Below are positions 22,926-32,830 of a stretch of DNA of 64,000 nt, piece after piece; within the stretch, counting starts at the first letter, position 1; each line of letters opens with the position of its first letter. The stretch spans positions 288,001 through 352,000 of the forward strand of contig CAWFXA010000002.1 in NCBI GenBank assembly GCA_963819655.1, written 5' to 3'. The translations under genes and the position numbers were made by a program. Source of the DNA: an uncultured Chloroflexia bacterium. Its GTDB lineage: Bacteria; Chloroflexota; Limnocylindria; Limnocylindrales; CSP1-4. The notes under the pieces were generated by a model. The model was not told the origin of the DNA. It searched no databases and was given only the letters and a program-made list of their open reading frames with translations.

Positions 22926-23723
22926 CTACCGGGCGGGGACGAGCGGCGGCAGCTCCAGGTCGGCGCTCGCGGCAAGTCCACGCGAGGCTGCGTCCAGGTC
23001 GGTCAGTCCGTCCATCAGCGCGAGCATCTGCCGACCAGCGTCGACGTAGGCACGCTCGTTCGTGAGCGAGGCCGACAGGCCCTCGTCCGCGATGCGGCCG
23101 ATCGAGGCGTAGAAGGCGCCCAGCGCCATCGAGACAGCGTCGCCGTCATCCCATTTTGCGACCGAGGGCGCGAGTCGATCGCCGAAGGAAGCGGTCGACG
23201 CAAGGCCGCGCAGGAGTGGCGCGATCTCCGCGGATGACGGCTTCGTCGCGGCAAGCGCGGTCGCCAGCAGTTCGGCATCGGCCAGGAGGCGCTGGTTCAC
23301 GACGGTCGATTGACGAAGCGCGGACAGGGCAGCGGCTGGCACGAGCGGGGCGACGGGAGGCGGCGCGGCGGTGACGACCGGCGCCCCGGACGTCGCAGGT
23401 GCGACTGACGGGACCACGGCGACCGGCGGCTGGACGATCGGGAGCGCGGCCGGCTGACCACCGCTCATCGCCAGCGCGACGATGCCGCCGCCGACGGTCA
23501 GGCCGGCGACGAGCCCGAGGGCGACGAACCCGCCGACCTTCAGAAGCGGGACGCCCGCCACGAGGCGCGTCCCGCACCCGGCGCAGCGTGACACGCCCAC
23601 GGCCAGCGGCCGGGAGCACCGCGGGCACAGGAAGATGTTCGCGTCGGGGACACCGATCGCGACGTCCTCTGGCGATGAGTCGCGGCCCCGTTCGAGGGGA
23701 CCGTGGAGCGCGTCGATGGTCAT
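22926..23723 (-). CDS. Hypothetical membrane-anchored protein with N-terminal zinc ribbon
   Basis: CPRC...CAGC, then a TM helix, Pro-rich linker and helical domain. Confidence 0.7.
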   Translation of the reverse strand: MTIDALHGPLERGRDSSPEDVAIGVPDANIFLCPRCSRPLAVGVSRCAGCGTRLVAGVPLLKVGGFVALGLVAGLTVGGGIVALAMSGGQPAALPIVQPPVAVVPSVAPATSGAPVVTAAPPPVAPLVPAAALSALRQSTVVNQRLLADAELLATALAATKPSSAEIAPLLRGLASTASFGDRLAPSVAKWDDGDAVSMALGAFYASIGRIADEGLSASLTNERAYVDAGRQMLALMDGLTDLDAASRGLAASADLELPPLVPAR

Positions 23724-23818
23724 GACGTGCCCAGTCTGCGTCGGTCAGGTGCGAATCCCAGTCGGACGAAGGTCCCGCGCAAACCGGTACCCATCGTGGT
23801 GCCATTGGACACACCAAC

Positions 23819-23833
23819 TGAGACTCAGTATCA
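23819..23833 (+). promoter_or_regulatory. Fur/Zur-type 7-1-7 box
   Basis: TGAGACT-C-AGTATCA, near-palindromic, 10 bp upstream of the Fur-family start codon. Confidence 0.7.
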
Positions 23834-23843
23834 TCTCGATGCC

Positions 23844-24272
23844 ATGACCGACTCGACCGCAGTCCAGGACGCGCTCGACGAGGCCGGCTATCGCCTGACC
23901 GAGGCGCGCCGCTCGATCGCCGACCTGATCGCAGCCCGCAACGGCCATTTCACCGCCGCCGACCTCGTGGCCGATGCCCGCGCTCAGCGGCTCGGGATCG
24001 GCCGCGCGACGATCTTCCGGACACTGGACGTCCTGGTGGACGTCCAGGCAGTGGAGCGGCTCGACCTGCCCACGGGCGACCACGCCTACGTCGCCTGCGA
24101 GCGCGCGCACCACCACCATGTCGTGTGTTCGAACTGCGGCGCGAGTCGCGACATCGACGACGCCGGCTGGCGAGCCGTCGTCCGTGACGTCGAACGTCGG
24201 ACCGGCTACCGGATCGACGACCACCGGCTCGAGCTGTTCGGCGTCTGCCCGGACTGCAAGACCGCCCAGTAG
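23844..24272 (+). CDS. zur: Fur-family metalloregulator (Zur-like)
   Basis: RLTEARR, ATIFRTL, HHHHVVCSNCG and GVCPDC motifs; heads a metal ABC operon. Confidence 0.85.
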   Translation: MTDSTAVQDALDEAGYRLTEARRSIADLIAARNGHFTAADLVADARAQRLGIGRATIFRTLDVLVDVQAVERLDLPTGDHAYVACERAHHHHVVCSNCGASRDIDDAGWRAVVRDVERRTGYRIDDHRLELFGVCPDCKTAQ

Positions 24273-24294
24273 ACCCGGCACGAAGGAGCCCGAG

Positions 24295-25227
24295 ATGAGC
24301 CACGCGCGCCCGACACTGAGACTGGATATCAGTTCGAGACCGCTCTTCGCCGGGCTGGCGATGATCGCCCTTGTCCTCGGAGCGTGTTCGCCCGGGACGG
24401 CCTCAGGGGCCCCGGCAGCCGACACGCTGCGCGTCGTCGCGACGACGACGGTGTTCGCCGACATCGTCGGCGCGATCGGCGGCCCTCACGTGACGGTCGA
24501 CTCGATCGTCCCCGCTGGGTCCGGTCCCGAGGACTACGAGCCGCGTCCCGAGGACGCTCGCAAGATCTCCGAGGCGCAGCTCATCGTCTCGAATGGCGTC
24601 GGGCTCGATGACTTCCTGACCGGCATCATCGACGCCGCGGGGAGCGCCACGGCCGAGCGGCTGGTCCTCGGCGACGGCATCCCGACCATCACGCTCGACG
24701 GCGAGGCGAACCCCCATTTCTGGCTCGACCCGTCGTTGGTCGAGCAGTACTACGTCCCCGCCATCCGTGACACCCTGACCCGGCTCATCCCCTCGGCCAA
24801 GTCCCACATCGAAGCGTCGGCGACAGCCTATGCCGCCTCGCTCCGCGAACTCGACGAGGCGAACCGCACGAAGCTGGCCGTCATCCCGGCCGAGCATCGC
24901 AAGCTCGTCACCTTCCACGACGCCTTCCCGTATTTCGCGGCGCATTACGACTTCGAGCTGGTCGGCGTGATCCTCGAAAACCCGGGTCAGGAGCCGTCGG
25001 CAGCCGATCTTGCCGCTCTCGTCCGGACCATCAAGGACGCTGGCGTCACGGCGGTGTTCTCGGAGGCGCAGTTCGATCCGAAGCTGGCGCAGACGCTCGC
25101 CGACGAGGCGGGCATCACCAAGGTGGTCACGACCCTGTATAACGATTCCCTCGGTCCGGCACCTGCCGATACCTACATCGGACTCATGACCTGGGACGTT
25201 GACGAGATCGTGAAAGCCCTGGAATGA
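24295..25227 (+). CDS. znuA: Zn/Mn ABC transporter substrate-binding lipoprotein
   Basis: LGAC lipobox; NPHFWLDP, TFHDAFPYF and VFSE motifs. Confidence 0.88.
   Translation: MSHARPTLRLDISSRPLFAGLAMIALVLGACSPGTASGAPAADTLRVVATTTVFADIVGAIGGPHVTVDSIVPAGSGPEDYEPRPEDARKISEAQLIVSNGVGLDDFLTGIIDAAGSATAERLVLGDGIPTITLDGEANPHFWLDPSLVEQYYVPAIRDTLTRLIPSAKSHIEASATAYAASLRELDEANRTKLAVIPAEHRKLVTFHDAFPYFAAHYDFELVGVILENPGQEPSAADLAALVRTIKDAGVTAVFSEAQFDPKLAQTLADEAGITKVVTTLYNDSLGPAPADTYIGLMTWDVDEIVKALE
24317..24331 (+). promoter_or_regulatory. Second Fur/Zur-type box
   Basis: TGAGACT-G-GATATCA, same pattern as the 23819 box, located at the 5' end of znuA. Confidence 0.55.
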
Positions 25228-26070
25228 CCATCGCCCTCGACGCGGTCCGGGAGTCCGCGCCCTCGGTCGTGACCGTCGCCTTCCGCGACGTGACCGTGGC
25301 GTATGGCGACCGGATCGCGCTCGAGGACGTCGATCTCGAGATCCAGGCCGGGTCGCTGCTCGCGGTCATCGGGCCGAACGGGGCGGGCAAGAGCACGCTC
25401 CTCAAGGCGATCGCCGGGCTCATCGAACCCGTCAGGGGATCGATCGAGGTGCTCGGCGGCCCGCCCGGCCAGGAGGCGCGGCGGATCGCCTACGTGCCGC
25501 AGGCCGAGCTCGTCGACTGGGCGTTCCCGGTCACGGTCGGTGACGTGGTGATGATGGGTCGCGTGCCTCTCATCGGGTTCGGCCGGTCGCCGTCGGCGCG
25601 TCGATCGGCGGGCTGTCCAGGAGGCGCTCGAGACGGTCGGCATGGCCGGGGAGGATCGACGCCAGGTCGGCTCCCTGTCGGGCGGCCAACGCCGGCGCGT
25701 GTTCCTTGGCCGCGCCCTCGCGGCCAAGCCGGACCTGTACCTGCTCGACGAGCCGGTCACCGGCGTCGACGCCACGACCGAGGAGGACCTGATGGAGGTC
25801 CTCGCGGGAGAGGCCGCCGCCGGGCGGACGGTCATCGCCAGCACGCACGACCTTGCGGCGGCCGCGCAACATTTCCACGAGGTCGCCCTCGTCAACGGCC
25901 GCGTCGTGGCGATAGGTCCCTCGACGCTCGTGATGGATCGCGAGCTGTTGCGCACGACCTACGGCGGCCACGTCGTCGTGCTGCCGGAAGGCGAGGGGAT
26001 CATCGACGACGCCCACCACCACGACGATGCGCCGGCCGGCGAGCGCCACTTCCACGAGGGCCGTCGGTGA
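25224..26070 (+). CDS. znuC: Metal ABC transporter ATPase, frameshifted, His-rich tail
   Basis: GPNGAGKST, YVPQ, LSGGQ and LLDEP motifs; DDAHHHDD tail. Confidence 0.88.
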
Positions 26071-26927
26071 GCGTCCTGGAGTTCTTTCTCGACCCGATGC
26101 GCTTCGGGTTCATGCAGCGCGGGCTCGTCGCCGCGATCCTGGTCGGGATCGTGTGCGCGGTGATGGGCGCCTTCGTGGTGCTGCGCGGCCTGGCCTTCAT
26201 CGGCGACGCGGTGAGCCACGCGGCGTTCCCCGGCCTCGTCATCGCGTTCCTGCTCGGCATCCCGCTGTACATCGGCGGGGCGATCGCGGCGGTCGCGACC
26301 GCGCTGGCCATCGGCTGGGTCTCGCGGCGTGGCGGGCTGCGGTTCGATACCGCTGTCGGGGTGCTGTTCGCCGGCATGTTCGCTCTCGGCATCGCGCTCT
26401 TCAGCTCGATCGACGACTACGTGGCCGACCTGTTCAGCTACCTGCTGGGGAACGTGCTCGGGATCTCGTTCGGGGACATCGTCCAGGTGACGGTGCTCGG
26501 GCTGATCGTCCTCGTCGTCGTGTTCTTGCTGCGCAAGGAGTTCCTGTACGCGTCGTTCGACCCGGCGGGAGCGGCGGCGTCCGGGTTGCCCGTCGAGATG
26601 CTCGACTACCTCATGCTCGGTCTGATCGGGGTCACGATCGTCGTCAGCATCCAGACCGTCGGGATCATCATGGTCGTCGCGATGCTGGTGACGCCCGCGG
26701 CGACGGCACAGCTGCTGGTCGATCGGTTCTGGGATCTCGTGCGTGTCGCCATCGCCGTGGCGGTCCTGTCTGCGATCGTCGGGCTGTACCTGAGCTACTA
26801 CCTCAACGTCGCGTCGGGCGCGTCGATCGTGCTCGTCGAGACCCTGTGCTTCGTCATCGCGCTGCTGTTCTCGCCGCGGACCCGCGGGTTGCGCCGCCGG
26901 CGTCGGGAGGTCACGGCCAGGGCCTGA
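26067..26927 (+). CDS. znuB: Metal ABC transporter permease
   Basis: FIGDAVSHAAFPG, YLLGNVLG and LVTPAATA motifs. Confidence 0.9.
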   Translation: MSVLEFFLDPMRFGFMQRGLVAAILVGIVCAVMGAFVVLRGLAFIGDAVSHAAFPGLVIAFLLGIPLYIGGAIAAVATALAIGWVSRRGGLRFDTAVGVLFAGMFALGIALFSSIDDYVADLFSYLLGNVLGISFGDIVQVTVLGLIVLVVVFLLRKEFLYASFDPAGAAASGLPVEMLDYLMLGLIGVTIVVSIQTVGIIMVVAMLVTPAATAQLLVDRFWDLVRVAIAVAVLSAIVGLYLSYYLNVASGASIVLVETLCFVIALLFSPRTRGLRRRRREVTARA

Positions 26928-26956
26928 CGGTCACGCAGTCCGGGCGCCGGACCCAG

Positions 26957-27778
26957 TCAGGAGCCGGTGACGAACTCACCGCCGTCGACGCTGATGATGT
27001 CGCCGTTGATGAAGTCGGTGCCATCCCCGGACAGGGCGAGGATGGCGTTCGCGACGTCCTGCGGCGTGGTCATCCGCCCGGTCGGGTTCCGCTTCATCGT
27101 GATGTCGATCATGGTCTGCGACTCGGGGATCTTGAGCAATGCCGGGGTCACCGTCACGCCTGCCCGGATGCAGTTCGCGGTCGCCCCGGTGTCATTCCTG
27201 GCCAGCTCCATCGCGAGCTGGCGGATGTGCGACTCGAGGGCCGCCTTGGCCGACGACACGACGCCGTACGACGGCACGACCCGGGTCGAACCCTCCGACG
27301 TCATCGCGTAGATCTTCGAGCCCTTGCCGAGGAACCCGCCTCGCCACAGGTCCTGGACCCAGTAGACGAGGCTGTTGGCCATGACGTCCTGGGTCATCTC
27401 CATCTTCTTGCGATCGACTGCCGCCTTGGGGTCCTCCGCCAGGAACGGCACGAGCGAGCCGAAGGCGAGCGAGTGCATCACGACCCGGACGTACGGATCG
27501 CGGCCCTCGGCGCGGGACCGTTCGAACCGCTCGCGCAACCGCTCGAGCGCCGCGGCGCGCTTCTCGTCGTCGGCCGCATTCGTATTGATATAGAGAGCTT
27601 CGGAGCCGGCCGCTTCGATGCCGGCCTTGACCTCTTCGACATGGGCCAGCGCGGCGCGGAAATCGAGGTGGATCCCAAAGATCCTGTAGCCGGCCTTGGC
27701 GAGTGTCAGCGCCGTCGCCTCGCCCATGCCGGACGACGCGCCGAGGATCAGCGCCCAGCGCTCGCGCTCATCGGTCAT
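26957..27778 (-). CDS. SDR oxidoreductase (enoyl-ACP reductase FabL-like)
   Basis: ILGASSGMG, YGVVSSAK and ISVDGG motifs. Confidence 0.8.
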   Translation of the reverse strand: MTDERERWALILGASSGMGEATALTLAKAGYRIFGIHLDFRAALAHVEEVKAGIEAAGSEALYINTNAADDEKRAAALERLRERFERSRAEGRDPYVRVVMHSLAFGSLVPFLAEDPKAAVDRKKMEMTQDVMANSLVYWVQDLWRGGFLGKGSKIYAMTSEGSTRVVPSYGVVSSAKAALESHIRQLAMELARNDTGATANCIRAGVTVTPALLKIPESQTMIDITMKRNPTGRMTTPQDVANAILALSGDGTDFINGDIISVDGGEFVTGS

Positions 27779-27895
27779 GGTCGGGCGGGCCTCCGCGTGA
27801 CTGGGGGTCAGGGCGGCCCGAGTCTAGCAGCGGGCGGGACGCCACCGACCCGGTCGCGTGCAGGTCTGCACGGCCGGCTCCGTGGACCCGGTCGG

Positions 27896-29140
27896 CTAGA
27901 TGACGCCGTCCCGGCGCAGCGTTGCGATCTCCGACGCGTCGAAGCCCGCCTCCGCGAGGACCTCGTCCGTGTGCTCGCCAAGGAGCGGTGGCGCGGACCG
28001 GATCTCGCCGGGTGTCGTCTCGAATGCGATCGGGATCCCGACCTGGCGGAGCACGCCGAGGGCCGGGTGCTCGATCTCGACCGACATCCCGAGAGCGGCG
28101 GCTTCCGGTGTGTCGAACGCCTCCCCGATCTCGGCGATCGCGCCGTTCGGCACCTCGGCGGCATCAAGCGCAGCGGCCCACGCGGCCGTCGGCTGGCTGG
28201 CCAGGCGCGCGGCGATGAGCGGGCGGAGCGCAGCGCGGTGCTCGACGCGGTCACCGTTGGTGGCGAATCGCGGGTCCTCGGCAAGAGCCGGCAGGCCGAT
28301 CGCCTCGCAGAACCGCGGCCACTGCCGCTCCGAACCGACGGCCACGGCCAGCTCGCCGTCCGCGGTCGAGAACGTCTCGTACGGGACGATGTTCGGGTGG
28401 GCGTTGCCGCGCCGGCCGGGCGAGCGGCCGGTCACGAACGCGTTCTGGGCCTGGTTCACGAGGACCGCCAGCGTCGACCCGAGCAGCGACACGTCGACGC
28501 GCTGGCCGATGTCGGCGCTCCGGCCCGTGTCGGTCCGGGCGTGGAGGGCAGCCAGGATCCCGATGGCCGCGTACAACCCGGTGACGACGTCGCTGATCGC
28601 CACGCCGACCTTGGTCGGCCGTCCGCCGTCGGCGTCGGCATCTCCAGTGATCGACATCAGGCCACCGACGGCCTGGATCACGAAGTCGTAGCCGGGCCGC
28701 TCGGCCGCGCGACCGGTCCGCCCGTAGCCGCTGATCGCGAGGTGGACGAGGGCCGGATTGACGGACCGCAGAATCTCGTCGTCGAACCCGAGCCGGTCGA
28801 GCGCCCCCGGGCGGAAGTTCTCGACGAGGACGTCGGCGTCGGCGAGCAGCCGCCGCAGGACGTCGCCGCCCTCAGGCGTCTTCAGGTCGAGCCTGACCGC
28901 ACGCTTGTTGCGGTTCACCGCAAGGAAGTAGGCGGCTGTCCGCGTCCCGCGTTCGAGATCGCCGACCCACGGCGGTCCCCAGCCGCGCGTGGCGTCGCCG
29001 TCGGGCGGCTCGATCTTGATGACGTCCGCGCCGAGGTCGGCAAGGATCATCGTGGCGTACGGCCCGGCGAGCACCGTCGACAGGTCGATGATCCGGGTCC
29101 CCGACAACGGTCCCGCGTTGGCTGTGGGCTCGACCGGCAT
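27896..29140 (-). CDS. CaiB/BaiF family (class III) CoA-transferase
   Basis: LAGPYA..LADLGADVIKIE, NRNKR, ENFRPG, GYDFVIQA and APPLLGEHT motifs. Confidence 0.95.
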   Translation of the reverse strand: MPVEPTANAGPLSGTRIIDLSTVLAGPYATMILADLGADVIKIEPPDGDATRGWGPPWVGDLERGTRTAAYFLAVNRNKRAVRLDLKTPEGGDVLRRLLADADVLVENFRPGALDRLGFDDEILRSVNPALVHLAISGYGRTGRAAERPGYDFVIQAVGGLMSITGDADADGGRPTKVGVAISDVVTGLYAAIGILAALHARTDTGRSADIGQRVDVSLLGSTLAVLVNQAQNAFVTGRSPGRRGNAHPNIVPYETFSTADGELAVAVGSERQWPRFCEAIGLPALAEDPRFATNGDRVEHRAALRPLIAARLASQPTAAWAAALDAAEVPNGAIAEIGEAFDTPEAAALGMSVEIEHPALGVLRQVGIPIAFETTPGEIRSAPPLLGEHTDEVLAEAGFDASEIATLRRDGVI

Positions 29141-29169
29141 GGCGGCGATGGTAGCGCCGCCGGGCCGCC

Positions 29170-29841
29170 TTACGAGGAGGGCGTCGAGCCGGTCAGGATG
29201 GCTCCTGCGAAATCCCGGGCGACGATGCCCGGCTCATCGGACGGCCCGTCGCCGTGGTCCGGACTGTCGTGCTCCACGGCTTCGATGATGTGATCGATGT
29301 TGGCGCGGTTGACGATCAACGTGCCCAGGCGCTGGCGGTGCCAGTCGCCGCCCATCTGATAGTCGAGGACCGCATCTGTCAGCGGGACCATCGCGCTGCG
29401 TCGATGGAGCGCGGCCATGGCATCGACGAACGGCACGGTGTGCAGGTTGCCGCGGACCGTGTACGGCCCGATCGCGACCGCGACCGACGTCTGGCGGGTG
29501 CGGGTCCGGCGAGCCAGGTCCCCGCGAGGACCGGTCGCGTGGACGAGCAGGAGCTCGTCGCGTGGCACGACGACTTCCTTGACCTCGACGACCCCCGGCT
29601 CGGCGAGGGACTGGACCATCACGTCGACGAGCTCCAGCTCCTCATGGTCGTTGAGCATGTCGGTCAGGCGCTCCGCTCGCAGGCGGATGCGACCAGACAG
29701 CGTGCAGTCCTCTGCGTAGGCCACGAAGTCGACCATCGGATGGAGGACGGCCGCGCCCGGGTGCCCACCTTCCGAATCGTCGGCCGGCTCGGCGGTGCCA
29801 TCGAAGAAGAGCGAGAGACGTCGACCGAAGCTGTGGATCAT
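29170..29841 (-). CDS. Conserved hypothetical protein
   Basis: Good codon bias; RLTDMLND and GPYTVRGNLH segments. Confidence 0.7.
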   Translation of the reverse strand: MIHSFGRRLSLFFDGTAEPADDSEGGHPGAAVLHPMVDFVAYAEDCTLSGRIRLRAERLTDMLNDHEELELVDVMVQSLAEPGVVEVKEVVVPRDELLLVHATGPRGDLARRTRTRQTSVAVAIGPYTVRGNLHTVPFVDAMAALHRRSAMVPLTDAVLDYQMGGDWHRQRLGTLIVNRANIDHIIEAVEHDSPDHGDGPSDEPGIVARDFAGAILTGSTPSS

Positions 29842-29994
29842 GGGGCCATCGTGGCGGTGCCCCCAGCCGGCCACCCTCACCCGGAGGTACTTCCGTCATG
29901 CGCTCGGTGACGGGCGGCAACGGTGCGCCGCCGCACGTCCCACGTCGGCGTAGCCCGAAAGTACCGGCTCGCCGTTCCGCGCTAGCATCCCGAC

Positions 29995-30942
29995 ATGAGC
30001 GACACCCACGTCCCGACCCTGATGACGGTCCACGCCCACCCGGACGATGAGACCATCGGCACCGGTGGCACGATGGCGAAAGCCGTCGCCACCGGCAGGC
30101 GGGTGGTGCTCGTCACATGCACCCGAGGCGAGATGGGCGAGATCGTCGTCAAGGACATGGACACCCCGGACAACCACCGCCGTCTCGGGGAGATCCGCGC
30201 AGGCGAGCTCGAACGGGCGATGGGCGTGCTCGGCGTCACCGAGTGGGAGAACCTCGGCTACCACGACTCGGACATGATGGGTCGGGCCGGCAACCAGGAC
30301 CCCCGCTCGTTCTGGCAGGCCGACATCGATGAGGCCGCCCGACGCCTCGTCTGGCTGATCCGCCGCTACCAGCCCGATGTGATCACGACGTACAACGACT
30401 TCGGCGGCTACGGTCACCCCGACCACATCCGCACCCACGACGTGACGGTGCGGGCGTACCCCCGGGCGGGTGACCCGGCGTGGTACCCGGAGCAGCTGGC
30501 GCCCGAACACGGTGGCACCGGACCGGCGGCCGCTGAGGGCGGGCTCGCCCTATGGACGCCCTCGAAGCTGTACGAGCAGGCGATCCCGGCGTCGGTCCGG
30601 ACTGCGATCCGCGACCGCATGGCCGAGCTCGACAAGCCGAACCCGTGGGCGCCGCCGCCCGATGCCACGCCCGAGCAGCTCGCCGAGTTCGAGGCGTTCC
30701 AGGCGCGGATGCTCGTGCCAGACGAGTCGATCACCACCTGGATCGACATCTCGGGCGACCCGGTCGAGCGCAAGTGGAACGCGATGCGCGCACACGTCAC
30801 GCAGATCGCCGAGGACTCGTTCTTCATGGCGTTCGGACTCGATGGCTGGCGCGAACAGTGGTCGAAGGAGGCATACATCCTCCGCGAGTCGACCGTCGAG
30901 ACAGCCAAGCCCGAGGACGACCTGTTCGCCGGCCTGGTCTGA
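29995..30942 (+). CDS. PIG-L family deacetylase (Mca/MshB-like)
   Basis: HAHPDDE, TRGEMGE, GGYGHPDH, AHVTQ and DDLFAGL motifs. Confidence 0.92.
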   Translation: MSDTHVPTLMTVHAHPDDETIGTGGTMAKAVATGRRVVLVTCTRGEMGEIVVKDMDTPDNHRRLGEIRAGELERAMGVLGVTEWENLGYHDSDMMGRAGNQDPRSFWQADIDEAARRLVWLIRRYQPDVITTYNDFGGYGHPDHIRTHDVTVRAYPRAGDPAWYPEQLAPEHGGTGPAAAEGGLALWTPSKLYEQAIPASVRTAIRDRMAELDKPNPWAPPPDATPEQLAEFEAFQARMLVPDESITTWIDISGDPVERKWNAMRAHVTQIAEDSFFMAFGLDGWREQWSKEAYILRESTVETAKPEDDLFAGLV

Positions 30943-30949
30943 GACCGCC

Positions 30950-32606
30950 TCAGTAGGGCAGCAGGCCCCGCGAGGCGTCGAACACCTGGCCCATGACGAT
31001 CCTGCCGCTGCCTCCGGGGTCCATGAAGTTGGGCTGCGCCTTGTCGAGGATGATGTGCGGCCGCATCCTGACCTGCAGCAGCTCGGCGCCCTGGAAGGTC
31101 AGCTCGAGGGTGATGCCCTCCATCGTGAACTCGGACCACGTCTGGTCGAACACGAAGTTGCCGAGCGCGTACCAGATCGGCTTGCCCTTGTAGACCTCCA
31201 TCGCCGCCGCGTAGTGGGCGTGGTTGCCGATGATCATGTCGGCCCCGGCGTCGATGATCTGGCGGGCCAGCTCCTGCTGGCGCGCGAACGGCTTCGAGCG
31301 GTACTCGACGCCCCAGTGCGGGAAGACGATGACGACATCGGCGCCCGCCTCGCGCGCTGCCGTGATGCCGGTCTCGACTCGCCGGAGGGTGAGCGCCGAG
31401 CTTCCGGGTTCGTTCCGGCCGGCGTAATCGCCCTTGTCGATGGCGTCGAAGGCGAGCACGGCGACCGTCGTGCCGTTGGCCTCGAGCATCGCCGGCGCGC
31501 GGGCAGCGGTCACGTCCTTCCCTGCCCCGGAGTACTTCAGCCCGCGCTTCCGCAGGTTCGAGATCGTCTGCAGGATGCCGTTGTCACCGGCGTCGCCGAT
31601 GTGGTTGTTGGCGATCGACACGTAGTCGATGCCGGCGTTGACCAAGCCGTCGATGAGACGCGGGTCGGCGGTGAACGTCGTCCCGCTCGTGTGATAGCGA
31701 AAGCGGTTGGGCGCCGGGTTCTCGAAGTTGGCGATGGCCAGGTCCGCGCCGGAGATCACGTCTCGGACGGCTCCGGCATTCCCGGTCCGCCGCGTCCGGG
31801 GCAGGTCCCAGCCCATCGATGAGCAGTCCTTGCAGCGTGAGGTGATCTCGGCCGTCCCGCCATCGAACGGGAAGTCGACACCCTTGCCCTTGACGCGCAC
31901 CGTCTGATAGACCCCGCGGTCGAGCAGGATGTCGCCGCCCGCGAACAACGTCCAGGTGGCCGCCGGATCGAACGCGGCGTCGGCGGTCCGTGCCGGAAGG
32001 TCCGCACGCAGGCTCCAGTCGTCGGCCTTGGTCACCCGGCCGATGCCGAACAGAGCGCGGTCGCCCCAGGCCAGCGCGCGGACGGCGGTGGTGACGTCGT
32101 CGGCGCGCAGGAACGCCAGGCGCTTGCGGTTCCTGGCGAGGTCGCGTGTCAGCGTCGCTGCGTCCTTGGCCAGGACGAGCCTGTCCCGATCGGACGGGCG
32201 GTCGACGCCCGAGTGCGGCCAGGATCGCGTCCGCCTCGTCGCCGACGAGGGTAAGCGCGTCGTACCTGCTGCTGGAGCCGGCGAGGACGTCGGCGAGCTC
32301 CTTGCGGTTGGTCGCCGTGGCTGTGCTCCGGAACTGGGTGACCGGCACGATGGCGGCCTGGACGATGCCCGGCGTCGGAGGCGGTGCGACGGTCGGCGAA
32401 GCGGTGACCTCGGGAGTCGGCGCGGCGGTCGGACTGCCGGTCGCGGTGGCGACCGCGCCCCCGACGGGCGTGGCCGATGCGCGAGGAGGGACCGATGCGC
32501 TGCCACCGAACCCGAGCTCGCCACCACTCATCGGCACTGCGATCCCGACCAGCAGGAGGCCGGCGATGACCAGCACGGGCAGCCGATTCAGCGAGGACCG
32601 CTGCAT
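30950..32606 (-). CDS. CapA family (PGA_cap metallophosphatase) exported protein, frameshifted
   Basis: GDILLDRGV, ANFENP, ANNHIGD, HWGVEY, GNHAH and YALGNFVFDQ motifs. Confidence 0.9.
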
Positions 32607-32634
32607 GGCGGGCATTCTGCCAGAGGCACAAGGA

Positions 32635-32664
32635 ACGCCCCGTCCGGGCGGGCGGACGGGGCGT
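32635..32664 (-). terminator. GC-rich hairpin downstream of tRNA-Asp
   Basis: ACGCCCCGTCCG-6nt-CGGACGGGGCGT perfect 12-bp stem; weak U tract. Confidence 0.6.
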
Positions 32665-32682
32665 AGGGAGATTCGAGAGTGA

Positions 32683-32759
32683 TGGCGGACCCGACCGGAT
32701 TCGAACCGGCGATCTCCAGCGTGACAGGCTGGCATGTTGGGCCGCTACACCACGGGTCC
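32683..32759 (-). tRNA. tRNA-Asp (GTC)
   Basis: Cloverleaf GGACCCG...CTGTCAC...GTTCGAATCC...CGGGTCCGCCA with encoded CCA. Confidence 0.96.
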
Positions 32760-32830
32760 TGTTGCGGCGAGGCCGGACTATAGCAGAGGGACCATGCCTT
32801 GTCAGACGTCCCGCCTATACTTCGCGGCCC

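Noticed and set aside
32600-32830. tRNA-Asp as an integration site
   Set aside because: No duplicated tRNA-Asp fragment or mobile gene was seen in the window.
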